Source: Saccostrea cucullata
Taxonomy: Eukaryota
Reading direction: 5' to 3'
Assembly (NCBI RefSeq): GCF_032062105.1
Contig: NW_026918422.1
Coordinates: 62,001 to 126,000, forward strand
Length of the DNA: 64,000 bases
Position 1 is the first letter of the stretch. Every line of letters begins with the position of its first letter. The notes below the pieces were generated by a model. It made no database searches, had not been told where the DNA came from, and saw only the letters and a program-made list of their open reading frames with translations. Positions 62,701 to 64,000 of this stretch are shown here, in pieces. The position numbers were made by a program, and so were the translations under genes.

Positions 62701-64000
62701 GGTGAACTTTTCATTTCTTCTTCACTGACCATGTTTAAGTGAAATCTCCCGTACTGTCTGGCTTGTTGGGGCTGTATAAGTTTACCTCCCCGCGACGTGT
62801 ACGCAATTGATCCCAGGAGACACTGTAGAAACAAAAAATAACAACTTTGATTAAATCTTTGGTAAAAGAAGAAGAAATACAGCGTGTTGTATTTTAAAAT
62901 TGCCTAGGTCACTAAGGTGTCTGCAACCATGTATATTTTGTCGAAAACTTTTTAACATGTTTCATTTCATTAATCCCTGGATATACTGTAGATTCCTTAT
63001 TTTTGCGAGTACTTATTATCGCGAATGAGCTCTTTCGCGAATGGAGGGTTGGTCAAGAGATTTAACATAGATTTCAGCACCATAAAAATAAAGGCGAGTA
63101 ATTTTATTTCGCGTGTGGTGCTTTTCGCGAAATTACACGATAATTAATTCCACGCGTATATTTAGGAATCTACAGTATACAAAAATGACGTTTTGACGGT
63201 CATGTCTACTTGTAAATGAAATATAAATAGACAATAGACAAAAATACCTTAAATCTAATGTTATCTAATTGTCAATTAGTTTCCAGTATATCCCCTGACT
63301 TACAATATCAGGATCCTCTCCCACAGGGATACAGTTTAAAGGTATGACTCGTCCAATATCTCCAATAAGGTTCATTAAAGATTTTCTTGTCTGTAATCAT
63401 CAAAAATATATATACAGTGTAAAGTATTTCAGCATAAAAATTTATACATGTATATGCAGAAAAATGTCATTAGACATTATCCAGACATAATAAGTATTTA
63501 TATGCTTTATTTGATTGTTAGAAACTTATGAAATTTTTTAATCAAAGAAGAATTTATATATCATTTAAACCTCTACTGGGTCCATCAAATCTTCGTCCTC
63601 CTCTCCCCCTATCATGTCTGATGTCGTGGACTTTCCATCGGTAATCAGTATAAGCTTAGCTACCACTCGGAACATCCCTATCCCTGTAGTGTATCCTGAC
63701 AAAATGATCTTTTATAACTGATTATGATAGTGAGCGATAAACACAACTTCTGATAAGGACCTTTAAGGAAATTTTGTTTACAAATTGATTCAGTCGGCAG
63801 GAGATGCTCACTCCTCCATGGCACTTGATACAACCTGATGTTCTGGAGGTCCGTGTTTGCTCTCCTCCTATTTTTGTATTGTTTTATGGACTTTGATGGT
63901 GCGTACAGTTCGTTATCTCCATATCCTTCATTAATTTCAAAAACAGAAACCTTTGCTTACCTCCACCAAAAGCCAACCCCGATAGACAGAGAGTAATGGC
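56720..64000 (-). CDS. VWA - 2x MIB/HERC2 - WWE protein, subfamily B copy 2 (5' part outside the window)
   Basis: Exon-for-exon paralog of 34999-41418: LILITDG, CLLGSIAYTSRGGK, VGTRVRRGPDWKWGDQD, WEN.DGG, VRWPNSNKSNYRFGFDG, DIWQFKGEDGHWKNF; last exon 56819-56720 YRIVLSKMKRIDIKTRHVTDIRCLGGGSYVDK*. Confidence 0.8.
56803..58045. repeat. Minisatellite, ~31 units (~43 bp and ~26 bp, partly in a ~113-bp higher-order pattern), made of the B2 last-exon splice acceptor
   Basis: Unit on the minus strand: TTATTTTCTGTTCCTTTGTCTATCTTTTAG|GTATAGGATAGTA. Confidence 0.95.
60838..61655 (-). mobile_element. Penelope-like 3' fragment interrupted by an unrelated ~470-bp insert
   Basis: Match to the 17735 copy over 60838-61095, resuming at ~61570. 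Confidence 0.6.
62983..63177. mobile_element. MITE with TA termini
   Basis: TACTGTAGATTCCTTA ... TTTAGGAATCTACAGTA. Confidence 0.75.
63793..63925 (+). mobile_element. Penelope-like 3'-end fragment
   Basis: GTCGGCAGGAGATGCTCACTCCTCCATGGCAC...GTTCGTTATCTCC. Confidence 0.65.

Overview
AT-rich, intron-rich animal DNA, most likely a bivalve or oyster (Helentron/HINE elements with ~167-bp internal satellites, V-type tRNA SINEs, many Penelope-like fragments). Gene models were spliced by eye. Left to right: the probable first coding exon of a MEK1/2-type MAP2K (-); an orphan low-complexity protein gene (+); a complete RPL17 (+) with two SNORD82-type C/D snoRNAs in one intron; a MARCH-type RING-CH E3 ligase (-); an ELIC-like Cys-less pentameric ligand-gated ion channel with no visible signal peptide (-); and a ~38-kb tandem cluster of four genes (-), in transcription order B2-A2-B1-A1. 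The cluster encodes an unusual non-catalytic architecture, VWA(MIDAS) - 2x MIB/HERC2 - disordered linker - WWE. A1 looks intact, B1 has a 10-nt frameshift, A2 has a nonsense codon in its WWE exon, and B2 has its last splice acceptor amplified ~31-fold as a minisatellite. A second, independent splice-acceptor amplification lies in the ion-channel gene. Introns hold many non-autonomous DNA transposons. No database searches were run; family calls rest on recognised motifs.
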